Below, piece after piece: positions 1 through 12,620 of a stretch of 64,000 nt of DNA; position 1 is the first letter of the stretch, and each line of letters starts with the position of its first letter. The translations under genes were made by a program, and so were the position numbers. The notes under the pieces were generated by a model that was not told the origin of the DNA, did no database searches, and worked only from the letters and a program-made list of their open reading frames with translations. This DNA is from Pecten maximus. Lineage: Eukaryota. The stretch is taken from contig NC_047027.1 of the NCBI RefSeq assembly GCF_902652985.1, positions 10,044,001 to 10,108,000 of the forward strand, in the 5' to 3' direction.

Positions 1-15
1 CTTCAGGTCCAGCCG
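1..15 (+). CDS. PKHD1L1: PKHD1L1-like exon, 3' end only (..SGPAG, IPT2)
   Basis: TCA GGT CCA GCC G|gtaagt; phase 1 fits the next exon. Confidence 0.7.
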
Positions 16-310
16 GTAAGTATTACGTCGAATATTATTTATTGAGTATAAAATAAACCTACGTTATTGATTTGTTGACATTTAATTGTTATTGGTTCGT
101 TCCAGACATGGTATGTAATTTTGAAAAATACCGATTAAAAGACAAATCATGTTAGTGTCATATCCCTGAAATCGTTTGTTTGTTAAGCGTTTTACGTCAT
201 TTGCCATGGGAGGTGAAATATTCTCGTGAATGTTATATTCCTCCCCGGACTCCTCTCGTTGGACTAGAGATCGGCCCAATGGAGCCACTATAATTGACTT
301 TAGTTAGTTA

Positions 311-1347
311 TTAGCTCACCTGCCCGAAGGGCAAGTGAGCTTATGCCGTGGTGCGGCGTCCGTCGTCCGTCCGTCTGTCCGGCCGTCCGGCGTCAACTTT
401 TTCATTTAAACAACTTCTTCTCAATAACCAAGAGGCCAAGGGACCTGATATTGGGCCTGTAGCATGCTGGGGTGAAGGGCTACAAAGTTTGTTGAAATAA
501 ATGACCTTGACCTTCATTCAAGGTCATATGGGTGAAATAGGTTAAAAAAACTTTAAAGGACTTCTGCTCAATAACCGAGAGACCCAGGGACTTGATATTG
601 GGCCTGTACAATGCTAGGGCAAAGGGCTACAAAGTTTGTTCAAATAAATGACCTTGACCTTCATTCAAGGTCATATGAGTCAAATAGGCTATAATCTTCA
701 AACGACTTCTTCTCAATAACCAAGAGGCCCAGGGACTTGATATTGAGCCTGTAGCATGCTCAGGTAAAGAGCTACAAAGTTTGTTCAAATAAATTACCTT
801 GACCTTCATTCAAGGTCATATGAGTCAAATAGGCTATAATCTTCAAACGACTTCTCAATAACCAAGAGGCCCAGGGACTTGATATTGAGCCTGTAGCATG
901 CTCAGGTAAAGGGGTACAAAGTTTGTTCAAATAAATTACCTTGACCTTCATTCAAGGTCACATGGCTCAAATAGGCTTTAAACTTCAAATGACTTCTTCT
1001 CAATAACCAAGAGGCCCAGGGACTTGATATTTGGCCTGTAGCATGCTCGGGTGAAGGGCTATTAATTTCAAATAAACGACCTTGACCTACATTCAACGTC
1101 ACAGGGGTGAAATCGACTTAAATCTGTAAACAATAATTTTGCAATAGCCAAGAGGCTGCAAGACCTGATATTAGGCCAATAGAATGCTGGAATGAAAGAC
1201 TAGAAAATGTATTAATACGAATAAAACTAGCTTACTATGATATTTGAATAAAGAGGTAATCAACATTGTATCTTTAAAAATGACCTCAATCAACTTCAAA
1301 GTTGCTGTAGAGCCAGGTGAGCGATACAGGCCCATTGGGCCTCTTGT
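311..1347 (+). mobile_element. Non-autonomous Helentron-type element (HINE/DINE-1/pearl-like) with ~146-bp internal tandem array
   Basis: 5' TTAGCTCACCTG with nearby inverted copy CAAGTGAGCT, (GTCC)n microsatellite, ~5-6 tandem units, 3' CAGGTGAGC, palindrome GGCCCATTGGGCC, then TCTTGT. Confidence 0.85.
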
Positions 1348-1555
1348 ATTACCCTCAGTTTCGCTTTCTGGAAAACATAACTCATTCTGACAATAGGAAT
1401 TTAATTTACTTTGTTGGAGAAAGCAGAAATGTATACTGTGTTCTATAAGTTTTATTTATGGTAACAACTTGTTTTTTCATATTTCAATATTATTAGGTCG
1501 AGTTATTTCCCCTTTCTGATCTGAGGTATCGATCGTGTACTATTTAATATTACAG

Positions 1556-1643
1556 GGACATTGTTGACTCTCAAAGGAAGAATGTTGACATCAAAATACG
1601 GTTTGAATGATATTTCGGCCGGAAACAATAACGAAATTTCGCG
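1556..1643 (+). CDS. PKHD1L1: PKHD1L1-like exon (GTLLTLKGRMLTSKYG)
   Basis: tacag|GG...CG|gtagg; resembles GTLITIQGRIFTDVYG of vertebrate PKHD1L1. Confidence 0.85.
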
Positions 1644-2235
1644 GTAGGTAACTTCGCATTTATTTTTATTTTTAATGGATTTGTTGTGTTAAATAACAGA
1701 ATTTTTGTTATTAATAGAAATGTATGTAGAATTTTTCTATGACATTTATAAAATATTTTAATTGTAGAGTAATGGTTGGTGGAGATATATGCGATTTGAT
1801 GACACCCGATGGTCAAACGTAAGTAAAGAAACGTACCATAGTTTACCCATCACGTTATAATGATAAGAGTGCATTAGTATTCAAAAGAAGTATTTACAAC
1901 TTTGAATTCTTTGTTTAATTTTTTAATTAAGAATTGGTTCGACATTGTGTCACTTCAACACCTTAAACGTCAAACAGGACGTTGTTTGTTAATATTATAC
2001 TTAATACTAATAGTGTTATACATCGTTAACTGTGACCTTACGATTGTCATGTAAACGAGTTGTTTTGGCCAATCATCAAATCGTTAAAAAAAGTCATATG
2101 TTGTCCATCTTGTAAACAATTTGTATTAATTATAATTTCACATACAACAGCAAACTTCAACTCAACCGTATATTGAAGATGACTTTCAGACGCAATCAAA
2201 TTTGACATCCTCAGTTAATGAACCTTATTTCTCAG

Positions 2236-2280
2236 AATTTACTGTTGGACGTGCTTGCAACTTGATGTACACGTCATTGG
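2236..2280 (+). CDS. PKHD1L1: PKHD1L1-like exon (45 nt, phase 2-2)
   Basis: ttctcag|A ATT TAC...GG|gttggt; expected position and phase, divergent peptide. Confidence 0.55.
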
Positions 2281-2596
2281 GTTGGTTTGTTTTGATATTG
2301 TTAACTTCCCAGCTGTGATCATTTTGTGGAGAGCTAGATGGAAAGGCAAAGCATGAAAATATAAATTTTAGCCAAGTTGGAAAAAATGTTAACTTGGCTG
2401 TTCATGTTATAGTATCTAGGGAAATTTGTACGCACAAGTTGACCCCTTCGAGATTTCCTTCTGGTCAAACTTTCGTGATTAATATAAGTTCCTATAACAC
2501 ATTTCACATTGGCTTTAAAATACAATTTACACTATCACTGGTAATTATCAATTGACACTGTGTTTATCCACGTACACATCCTCTTACGCATATGTA

Positions 2597-2870
2597 AAGT
2601 TAAAATCTCTTGATTCCTTAGATACAGAATCACCATAGAATTCATGACTTATGTAAAGTCAAAATCTCGTATTCCCCAGATACGGAATCAACACAGAATT
2701 CAAGTTAAAATATCTTTATTCCTCAGATACGGAATCACAATAGAATTCATGGCTGATGTTAAGTTAAAATTTCTTCATCCCTTAGATACGGAATCACCAC
2801 CGAATTCATTGCTTATGTTAAGTTAAAATATCTTTATTCCTTAGATACGGAATCACCACAGGGTCCATGA
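2597..2870 (+). repeat. ~59-bp minisatellite (5 copies) spanning an intron/exon junction
   Basis: AAGTTAAAAT..TTCCTTAGATACGGAATCACC repeated at ~2597, 2656, 2702, 2761, 2820. Confidence 0.9.
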
Positions 2871-2903
2871 TTTGCAGAATGAGTACATCCGGATCCAAAA
2901 TAG
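2845..2903 (+). CDS. PKHD1L1: PKHD1L1-like exon (YGITTGSMICRMSTSGSKIG)
   Basis: ccttag|A TAC...G|gtaagg; resembles YG..GSMVCKTTGTFIG. Confidence 0.8.
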
Positions 2904-3266
2904 GTAAGGGTTAGCCTTTACGTCTAGTATAGTAGGCAGAAAAGATATATTTGGAGATTATGTTTAAAATATTTTGTCTGAAGTAACATTGGAAACATTG
3001 CAATACGCGTGAAAGTATTGCCATCATATTTTTTATTATATGTTAAACTAAAATTAAGACACAGACAAATCTCAATGACCCCAGTAAGTTCCTAGGTGTG
3101 GTTCGCAGACATTCGTGTTCAGAATATGATCAGGTCTATACTGCTAGTAACAAATCTTGGAACCGTGCAGTAGCAAAGAAAGATAGAGTGTGCTATTTCT
3201 CACAGCATACAAGAACAACTATTAACTATATGACATAACGTTCAGTATCGGAGTTGCTTTTCTCGA

Positions 3267-4224
3267 TTTCACATGCTCAGAGGGCAGTAAAAAAAATACC
3301 TGCTATACCCAGCAACGCATCGGTCGTGGTACTTTTTTCTTGCAAAGTTCGTCTTCATTTGACCTGGCTATTTCGAGAACGTTGATCAACTTGCAAACAA
3401 TAATTAGATAAACTATTCACAATAATCTACTGCAACATAAAAAGACTTTAAGGATTGAAACTATTGTAGATTGAACTAATCGTACCATATTTAGGCTTTG
3501 CATTATGTCCTGCATAGAGGGACGCAATTGATGACCGATACATATCACACATGGTTTGGTTTCACTTCTTCTAAAGGAATAGATGCTTTATAAGTATTAG
3601 TCATTGTAGAACAAAAGGTCATACCAACAGAGGAAAGCAAATTATAGATATAGGAAAACGAAATATGACAATGGAGGGATAAGATAAAGTCTTTCATTCG
3701 TCTCAACAGGGCGATTTTAATACCTGCTGGCCACAATCATTCACTATTTGACCTCTCAAACAACAGTTGCTCAGCTGTACTGATTCAATACTCCTTAAAA
3801 TACCTTTCTTGCTGAAATGCCCAAATTAGTCCATCAAATTCATCTTGTTGTGAAATAGGACTATTTTAAAATATATATATATATATATAGTAATAATAAA
3901 AAACATTATTACTAGCGCTTTCACATGTTAAGCTTGTTTTCCCACCACGACCGATGCGTTCCTGGGTATAGCAGGTATTTTTTTACTGCCCTCTGAGCAT
4001 GTGAAATTATTACTATATATATATATATATAGTAATAATAATAAAAAACACAAACCAGAAATTCACACTAGCGCTTTCACATGCTTTAGTTTAAACATTA
4101 TTTTATTCAACAAGATACAATAACATTACATATACAGAAAATTACAAATGGTGTGGGAAAACAAGCTTAACATGTGAAAGCGCTAGTATGAATTTCTGGT
4201 TTGTGTTTTTTATTATTATTACTA
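3267..4224. repeat. Cluster of near-perfect inverted repeats
   Basis: 3267-3330 inverted to 3944-4007; 3911-3947 and 4030-4083 inverted to 4148-4224; (TA)n spacers. Confidence 0.85.
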
Positions 4225-4332
4225 TGTATATCCATCACAAGGACATTATATATTTTTAGTTATATATATATATAATCATTACCGATTTCACTACCTCCAA
4301 TTGTAAATAGTCCTGTGTATGTTATTTTGCAG

Positions 4333-4372
4333 GGAATATCAATGCCACTTATACATTGCTTCCTGCCGGCAG
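4333..4372 (+). CDS. PKHD1L1: PKHD1L1-like exon (GNINATYTLLPAGR)
   Basis: tttgcag|...AG|gtaagt, phase 1-2. Confidence 0.8.
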
Positions 4373-4771
4373 GTAAGTTTGCTGAACAGTATAAATATCA
4401 TTGAAAAACAAGCATTTGAATCATTTTTTTCCACATCACATGTAGGTACGCGTATGCCGAATAATGAATATACAATCAATAATAAAGCTTGATACATCAG
4501 TGATGCTAAGACTTAATGTATTGCAATTCAAAAGTGAAGAAAAAAAACAAAAATATAGAAAGAGAGGTGAACTTACCAATAATGCAGATCAATATTCAAA
4601 TGTTCTATATTGCCTTATTTTACAATTAAAAAGGACAATGATATATATAATTCATTAGCAAATATATATTAACAAATCGTGTATTTTTTTCTTTAAATTC
4701 ACACGCCTTCATAATCAGATAAATGTATTGCTTTGTGAGTAACATTTGTTGTGGTTTGTTAAACTTAACAG

Positions 4772-4842
4772 GTCAAAGGCAGATTTGAATCTTTACAAAG
4801 TTTCGAGAAATGGCCAGATATTCATGTTCCAGAGCTATGCAG
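4772..4842 (+). CDS. PKHD1L1: PKHD1L1-like exon (SKADLNLYKVSRNGQIFMFQSYA)
   Basis: MFQSYA corresponds to MFQTYA; phase 2-1. Confidence 0.88.
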
Positions 4843-5284
4843 GTTTGTTGTATTATTACACGCAAAACATAATTACAGTTTGCATCAACTGGAACATAAA
4901 AAATATGGCTTAAGATGTAAATGTATCACAAGAAGACTTTTGTGTCATTCTCAGTGTTGGCAAAGCGGCACACTAAAGCCGATATCGTACTGCTTTGAAA
5001 AGTACCAACTAGAGCTAAGTCGTGAATCAATTTCAAATGTATAAATGTATGTCACGGAATTTGTAGGGAATCATAACTAGGCCGTCGCAGTTGTGATGAT
5101 AATGCTAAATTATATCTACTATGCGACATTCGAGTTAAAATGACTGTTAGATGGACCTGATTTTGTTCATTTGTTTTGGATGGGCATTGTCTCCATCCTT
5201 TCGACAGTCCCCTCAATAGTCATAATTGTGTGGAGCCCGTGGTAAATAACCAAACAAATCATACCTGAATCTCTTTTTTTACAG

Positions 5285-5395
5285 AAATTCATTCCATCTC
5301 TCCATCATCCGGAAGTACAGAAGGGGGAACGATGATAACTATATCAGGGAAGTCTTTTGACGAGACCAGGTCTGGAGCTGTTGTCAAAGTCGGTG
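5285..5395 (+). CDS. PKHD1L1: PKHD1L1-like exon, IPT/TIG (ISPSSGSTEGGTMITISG)
   Basis: Canonical IPT start motif, AG/GT boundaries. Confidence 0.92.
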
Positions 5396-5991
5396 GTTCG
5401 TATGTCTAATTTTCACAACAACGTAACTGAATTATCACATCGAGCACTCAAATGAGGGTAATTAGGTATTTTCCATGGTGATCATTGTCGGTAAGACCTG
5501 ATGTATCACACTGCATTGTGAATGTAAACTTAAATGTTTACTTTCATAATTATCTTTTCTTTTCCTTTTGGTCGTGTTAGCCCCCCTCACACACCCCTCA
5601 AAAAGTAAGTTCGTTTGTGCTGAGCGTACTCGCTGCAGCCAGGCCCATGTGGATATATAACATTCGTAAAAATATACAACCAACAGAAGAATGAAATAAG
5701 CTGTAAAAATATAATTTGCTGCATTGTGCATTCTGGCTTCTTCGGTGTCTCATAAGGAGAAGGGGTAGACTCAGCAGTGGATTATGTTTATGCGAATTGG
5801 TTTTCATGTTTTTGTCGATCTACGTTAAGATGTTAAACCGATTTCAACGCCATTAATTCAACAGCAATCAATTCGGTTTGTTATACACTCATACAAGTCC
5901 TTGTTCAGACAAGACGATCGCAATCGGCCTTTGAGATGGTTTGGTTTGTTTAACGTCCTATTAACAGCCTTTGCTTTGGACTATATTTCAG

Positions 5992-6081
5992 GTACTGGCT
6001 GTGAAGTGATGCACATCAATGATACGACTATAATCTGTCGGACCGAAGGGAAACCGGACACAACATTAGACAATTACCCTG
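5992..6081 (+). CDS. PKHD1L1: PKHD1L1-like exon (TGCEVMHINDTTIICRT..YPG)
   Basis: IPT cysteine pattern; phase 1-1. Confidence 0.9.
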
Positions 6082-6743
6082 GTAATGTTTTATTAACACT
6101 TCTAGTATTTAACATGATATCTGATATTTCAATGAATGAGTTAATAGAACTGCATACGTAGTCAACATGCGTTTGCTATTACTATTAGTGTTATACAATA
6201 TAATTAGTTATATGATATGAATATTAATATATACGAACGTATCTTATGAATTTCGGGTACCTGTATCCTACAGGGGATTCCCTTGTTATTGTTTACGTTG
6301 TCGCAGTCGGGTTGTAAACGCCCTATGTTCGCATGTTAAGGCAAATTTTGTTCTACTTTAGCGACCCGGAGCCATCTGACTTTAATCGGTGGGATTAAAA
6401 TCTAGATACAGAAATATTCTGTGATTGTAACTATATACACCTTTGTAAATTGAACCACTGTATTTGTATATTAGTGTTCTGTTGCTTGCTTACGAACTCC
6501 TGGGCTTATATATTGTATTCGACATATTCCGTATAGCCCACACTTTATACAGTTTTTGAAAAAAAAAAAAAAACCTGCATATAAGCCGCCCGCAGAAGGC
6601 ATTTCAATGTTTTAAAACGTATAACACGCCGGCAATACGCATGCAATTACGGTTACAAAAAGCAAATTATTTAGGTTCAAGTCTTATTGGATCAATTGAT
6701 CGCGAGAATAGTTAAATAATGTGCGAAACACTCTTTAATTTAG

Positions 6744-7006
6744 GGAACAGAGGCATCGCTGTGGAATCGTGGAAAGAAACCTACAGGTCAACAATAACTT
6801 TGGATATGATGAATAGCCTCAACGAAAGCTCTCCAGATTACCAGCTGACCTATTCAGACACAGCACATGTTCCTGGAAACAGTGCTACTGACACTGTCAA
6901 CCGACTCAAAGGTTATTTCTTGCCCCCATTTGATGGAGAATACGCTTTCATTCTTACGTCATACCCGGAAGCCAAATTATTCTTCATGGACCAAGAAGAA
7001 AAAATG
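6744..7006 (+). CDS. PKHD1L1: PKHD1L1-like exon, PA14 domain
   Basis: GNRGIAVESW...RLKGYFLPPFDGEYAF PA14 motif. Confidence 0.92.
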
Positions 7007-7392
7007 GTAATTAAACTTTGGATAATATTTATGATTGTTGATAGATTGTAGAAAACTAGAGGTGAGGAGTCTCCATATTTAGTATTTGACGCAACTGTCC
7101 ATCCGCCCGTTAAGGTCTTGTTCGCACTTATTATCTGCAACTATTACTAAACACGTGTTTTTACACTGTAAAAACGCAATAATAAGCCGAGTTAGCTTTT
7201 ATCGCTCACTTGATTATTTCATGAATAATGGTAATACACTCTTTTAAGTCATGTTACAAATATATTCCCATTCTGATCCTAAAACAACTTTGACTTCCTG
7301 TATCGGAACATTTATCATAAGTGTTCAGTAAAATGTTGGCCAGTACTATAGACTGGTAATACTTAATAACCTATATAAGGATTAGGTGATAT

Positions 7393-7797
7393 CAATCTAA
7401 TTAAAATCTAGATGGTCATTCTCACTACGTTACATAAACATCTAACAATATCCCATAAGGGGTCACGTTCTGATGACCTCTGAGATGCGTGTTTCACTTT
7501 CAGGGCGAATTGGCATTTCGAAGCAAAACATTTCGTCACAGCATGCATCTGAAGCAAGCCATTTCGGCATAGTTTATAGCCATATGCTTTTTTGGACGAA
7601 ATGACTTGAAACAAATTCACAGATTATACAGGCTATGCATTCTAGTCATGCTAATTCGGTCATATAAAATTCACTTCCAAGATTCTGGAAGTAGTCATTT
7701 GATTGGCTAATCCAAAAGGTCAACCTGACGTGACCCCTTATGCCATGTTGTTAGATGTAACGAAGTGAGAATGACCATCTAGATTTTAATTAGATTG
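7393..7797. mobile_element. MITE with ~75-bp TIRs and 9-bp TSD (Mutator-like)
   Basis: CAATCTAATTAAAATCTAGATGGTCATTCTC...GAGAATGACCATCTAGATTTTAATTAGATTG; AGGTGATAT duplicated at 7384-7392 and 7798-7806. Confidence 0.9.
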
Positions 7798-8289
7798 AGG
7801 TGATATACCTGTACTGTGGAGGTTACCTGGGTTCATTGGAGAAAAAGTGCTGAGTCAGGGTCACTGAGGCGTAACCACAGCATGCAGACTGTGTGTGGTA
7901 ATTGCAATAGCTGAAGTCGACCTTGAAGGCTGATAATGTCAGAGGCTGATGCGCTAGGTAATGTAATTTTACTCGTGTTACCAAAATTATTATCGAGATA
8001 ATCATAGAGATTTTTTGAAGCCACTACATGTTAGCTGTGTGCTAATGTTCAGCCAAACTATGGTACGTGAAGAAGTAGTGTGCTATACGCACCACTGCGG
8101 GTGTCCTGGAGTGAAACAGGATGGAGTAAGCTGTGTGATCAGACACGGAAAACAGAGCCGTCAGTGATAAACACATGTCTATGTTATTCATGTAAACTTG
8201 GTAAGATGTTTAATTTTGTGTGATGGGTAATTGTTGTGTAATAATTTCCAAACATAATGTAACAAAATAGGAATTTTGTCTCCTTGCGA

Positions 8290-8500
8290 ACTGATGCCGA
8301 CATACTACTGCTACCTGACTGAAGAATACTTCCGATGACAGACCGTAGGCCACCCCTATCGGTCACATAATACTGAGAACGGACGAACCAACCGTCTCCA
8401 CTCCCATAAGGTTGATCACTTGAACACTAAACAGGATAGTAACTACGGTATTTCAAAACTTAAGTGTGCCTCTGTCATGATCAGGGAATCGAACCTAAGA
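8290..8500 (-). mobile_element. Degenerate tRNA-derived SINE copy
   Basis: Reverse complement has a B box (GGTTCGATTCC) and the core CAGTATTATGTGAC shared with other copies in the window. Confidence 0.55.
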
Positions 8501-8625
8501 ACTCCCTTAACGATATTAGCAAAATGTATGGATAAACGCGATTTAAACAATATTTGATATCACAACAAGGTTATTGGTTAGTTTAAATTATAATTCCGTG
8601 TGTTCCTACTTGTTTGTTGATATAG

Positions 8626-8693
8626 CAATCTAAAGCACACAGTCAGTATGGACGCTGTGAATCAAGACGAATTGTTCTTCATTCCAACCGAAG
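8626..8693 (+). CDS. PKHD1L1: PKHD1L1-like exon, PA14 (QSKAHSQYGRCESRRIVLHSNR)
   Basis: tatag|CAA...AG|gtcagt; phase 0-2 bridges the flanking exons. Confidence 0.75.
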
Positions 8694-8894
8694 GTCAGTG
8701 TTATTTTATAGCCATGTTATTTCTCCGACAAGGTAATTGAAACATTTGAAATATACTTCTTATTGTCCATATGGTCCGGCGAGTTAGAAACCACACTTCC
8801 ATTTCCGTGTGTACCACTATAAAGGAGTGCATGAGTGACCTTCTCTTATTAACAAACTTCAATAAATCATAAACGAAATCAATTTTCTGTGAGT

Positions 8895-9070
8895 GAGGTA
8901 GCACTATAAATCGGGAAATGTTCCGGCCTATCACAAGGAGACTTAACACGAACATACCGCAGCTTCCCAAGACACACACACGCATGTATGTCGCACGCAC
9001 GGGAGGCCGTCCTTAAATGACTTTACCTGTTAATAGGACGTTAAACAAAATAAACCAAACCAAACCAAAA
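8895..9070 (+). mobile_element. 5'-truncated SINE copy
   Basis: TTCCGGCCTATCACAAGGAGACTTAACACGAACATACCGCAGC...CTGTTAATAGGACGTTAAAC(AAACC)n, also at 33050, 36583 and 37215. Confidence 0.8.
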
Positions 9071-9499
9071 CAAATTGATGGACAAATTACTTACGATAAC
9101 CGCGTGGTCGAGGATATCTACGATAATCATTTTACCACAATTGAGGTTCAATATAAAATTGAAGTTGACTCCGGAGCATTCTTTAAAATAGTAAGTACAT
9201 GATTAATTTTCAAATAGTCAAAAACCCTGTTGGCGTCATCATTCTAAATTGTTGCGATTGAATCTCAAACAGATTTATTGATTTATTGAAAATTTAAAAA
9301 AAACCTTTTTAGACAATGTTGCTAGCATGTTATATAAAAATAAACGCGACGTTTCATTGGTATCAGAATGTTTGTGTTGATCGCTACGGAAACCAAGATA
9401 AATAACTCCTGCTCTATTGACTTTTTTAATTCCTAATACATTTTTAAAAGCAAGAGTGATTTAACGGAGAGAAAAATATCATTACATTATAGGTTATTC

Positions 9500-10733
9500 T
9501 GTCCAGGTGAGCTTATGTCATGGGCAGCGTCCGTCGTCCGTCCGTCAACATTTGCTTCAAATCGCTACTAGTCAAAAAGGCCTTATTGGATTTTGACCAA
9601 ATTTGGCCAGAAACATCATTTGCAGAAGGGGAACAAATTTTGCATAACTGGTGATTCTGACTCCCGAGGGGCCAAAGGGGCGGGGCCCAATAGGGGAAAT
9701 AGAGGTAATTCCTTTAAATCGCTACTAGTCATAAAGTTATGAATGGATTTGAACCCAATTTGGTCAGAGACATCCTTTGGCAAAGGGGAACAGATTTTGC
9801 ATAAATGGTGGCACTGACCCCAAAGGGGCCAAAGGGGCGGGGCCCAATAGGGGAAATTTAGGTAATTCCTTTAAATCCTTACTAGTCCTAAAGTTATGAA
9901 TGGATTTAAACCGAATTTGGCCAGGAACATCCTTGGCTGAAGGGGAACAGATTTTGCATAAATCGTGATTCTGACTCCCGAGGGGCCAAAGGGGCGGGGC
10001 CCAATAGGGGAAATAGAGGTAATTCCTTTAAATCGCTACTTGTCATAAAGTTTTGAATGGATTTGAACCGAATTTGGCCAGAAACATCCTTGGCAGAAGG
10101 GGAACAAATTTTGCATAAATGGTGACTCTGACCCCCGAGGGGCCAAAGGGGCGGGGCCCAATAGGGGAAATAGAGGTAATTCCTTTAAATCGCTACTAGT
10201 CATCAAGTTATGAATGGATTTGAACCCAATTTGGTCAGAAACATCCTTGGGGAAGGGGAACAGATTTTGCATAAATGGTGATTCTGACCCAAAGGGGGCA
10301 AAAGGGGCGGGGCCCAATAGCGGAAATAGAGGTAATTCCTTTAAATCGCTACTAGTCATAAAGTTATGAATGGATTTGAACCCAATTTGGTCAGAAACAT
10401 CCTTGGGGAAGGGGAACAGATTTTGCATAAATGGTGACTCAAACCCCAAAGGGAACAAATGGGCGGGGCCCAATAGGGGAAATAGAGATAATTCCTTTAA
10501 ATCGCTACTGGTCATAAAGTTATAAATGCACGTTCTAAAAACAATTCTTGAGGTCTTTCAGACCTTAGAGAGTCTGGACTTCATTAATCTTTAAAGCAGT
10601 TTGGAATCCCACACTATAACCATATATAGCATTGTTAGAGATTTACAAATAAAACAAATGGAATGTGAACATTATTTTGACATTTGGTCTAATCCATCCA
10701 GGTAAGTGATACAGGCCCCATGGGCCTCTTGTT
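9500..10733 (+). mobile_element. HINE-like element, family 2, with ~157-bp tandem array (~6 units)
   Basis: CAGGTGAGCTTATG..(GTCC)n; unit CCTTTAAATCGCTACT at ~9711, 9868, 10025, 10182, 10338, 10494; 3' CAGGTAAGTGATACAGGCCCCATGGGCCTCTTGTT. Confidence 0.85.
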
Positions 10734-11435
10734 TCTTTCCTCTTACTAATCTGAGTATATTGAGAAACATCCCTCCAGTTCTTTTAAAATAAGGGGAACC
10801 TATATATGAAATTTGAGATTAAGCGATAATGGCTGTCTGTCGGCCATGTTTATTTCACATTGGTCCCAAAATGCAATACTAGGGACCAAGAGAACCTACA
10901 TATGAACTTCGGGAAAGATCCCTTCAGTACCTAGTAAAATAGCGATAACAAACATCAATTGTCAAAATCCAAGATGGCTGCCTGTCGGCCATGTTGTTTT
11001 CCGACTGGTCCAAACATGAAATATGCATAATGAGGGATCAATGGGAACCTACATGTACATATTGAATTTGAGAAAGATCCCTTCAGTACTTTCTGAGAAA
11101 TAGCGATAACAAACTTCAATTGTCAAAATCCAAGATGACTGCCTGTCGGCCATGTTGTTTTCCGACTGGTCCAAACATGAAATATGCATAATGAGGGATC
11201 AATGGGAACTTACATGTACATATTGAATTTGAGAAAGATCCCTTCAGTACTTTCTGAGAAATAGCGATAACAAACTTCAATTGTCAAAATCCAAGATGAC
11301 TGCCTGTCGGCCGTGTTGTTTTCAGAATGGTTCCTAAATGCAATATTCATAACTAGTCACCAAGGGGAATCTACATATGAAATTTGAGAAATATCCCTCC
11401 AGTACCTTTTGAGAAATAGCAATAACAAACTTCAT
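10734..11435 (-). mobile_element. Fragment of HINE family 3 (same satellite as 42781-44520)
   Basis: GAGAAAGATCCCTTCAGTAC..GTCAAAATCCAAGATG units, ~4 copies. Confidence 0.8.
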
Positions 11436-12392
11436 TGGTGGATTACTTTCAAATTTGGTTTGAAGCATCATTTGGGGAGAGCAATCATATTTTATATAAA
11501 TGAGGCTGGTCTGACCCCTCGGGTCCGATGGGCGGACCCCAAAAAGGGACCTTTGGCGAATTCTTGCTTAAAAACCCTACTCCATCTTAACGATTTGGTG
11601 GATGACAACCAAATTTGGTGTCAAAACATCTTTGGGGGAGGGCGGTCATATCTTTTATCTTATGAGGCTGGTGTTACCTATGGGGCTAGAGGGGCGTGCC
11701 CCCCAAATGGGAACTTTTGCGAATATTTGCTATAAAATTTTGGGAGGGCAATTATATTTTACATAAATGAGGCTGATGTGACCCAAGAGGCCTAAGTGGC
11801 GGTCCCCAAAGGGGGAAATTTGGTGAATTGTTGCTTTAAAATCCTACCCCTTTTTAACCCTTGGGTGGATTACATCCGAATTTGGTTTGAACCATCATTA
11901 GGGGCAGGACAATGTTATTTTATATGAATTAGGCTAGTGTGACCACTGGGGACACAGGGGCGAGGTCCCAAAAGGGAAATTTAGCTAAAATTTTGCTTTA
12001 AAACGCTACTCCTGAATAGATTACAGCAAATTGTGTTTGAAACATCGTAAGGGGACAGTAATCATAATTTATATAAATGAGGCTGGTGGGGCCCCTGGGG
12101 ACAGAGGGGTGAGGCCAAAAAATGGGAACGTAGCCAAAATTTTGCTTAGAAATGCTTAACCTTAATGCCTTAATTGATTACAACCATATTTAGTTTTAAA
12201 TATCATCGGGGAAGGGCAATCCTAATCGATATAAATGAGGTTTGTCTGACCCATGGGACCAAAGGGACATGACCCAAAAATGGGAACGTGGCTGAAATTT
12301 TGCACAATTTATGGTAATGATGCTTGATTGACGGGTGTGTCCCTGTTGTAACTGTTTGTCAGATGACCGTTAAGGCCCATGGGCCTCTTGTT
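11436..12392 (+). mobile_element. 3' part of HINE family 4 with degenerate ~150-160-bp array
   Basis: Repeated ATAAATGAGGCTGGT..ACCCC; 3' end CAGATGACCGTTAAGGCCCATGGGCCTCTTGTT. Confidence 0.78.
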
Positions 12393-12620
12393 TTTCCAAT
12401 ACATAGATAGTATGGGAAAAGATAATGTCGTCTTTCCAACCATGACGTCCTAATACCTTGGTTCCCGTAGCGATCAACACCAACAATATGACACTTGAAA
12501 AAGATGACTGTGCAGTTGAAGCATTATGTCAATTTTATATATAATATTGATTTACTGGAATAATTGTCCTGCTATCATTCAAGGTCATATTCGGACGGAT
12601 TACAAGGATTGGTTTGGATT

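Noticed and set aside
10036-10515. 159-aa minus-strand ORF with a thrice-repeated peptide
   Set aside because: By-product of the ~156-157-bp tandem array inside a HINE element; no protein-family features.
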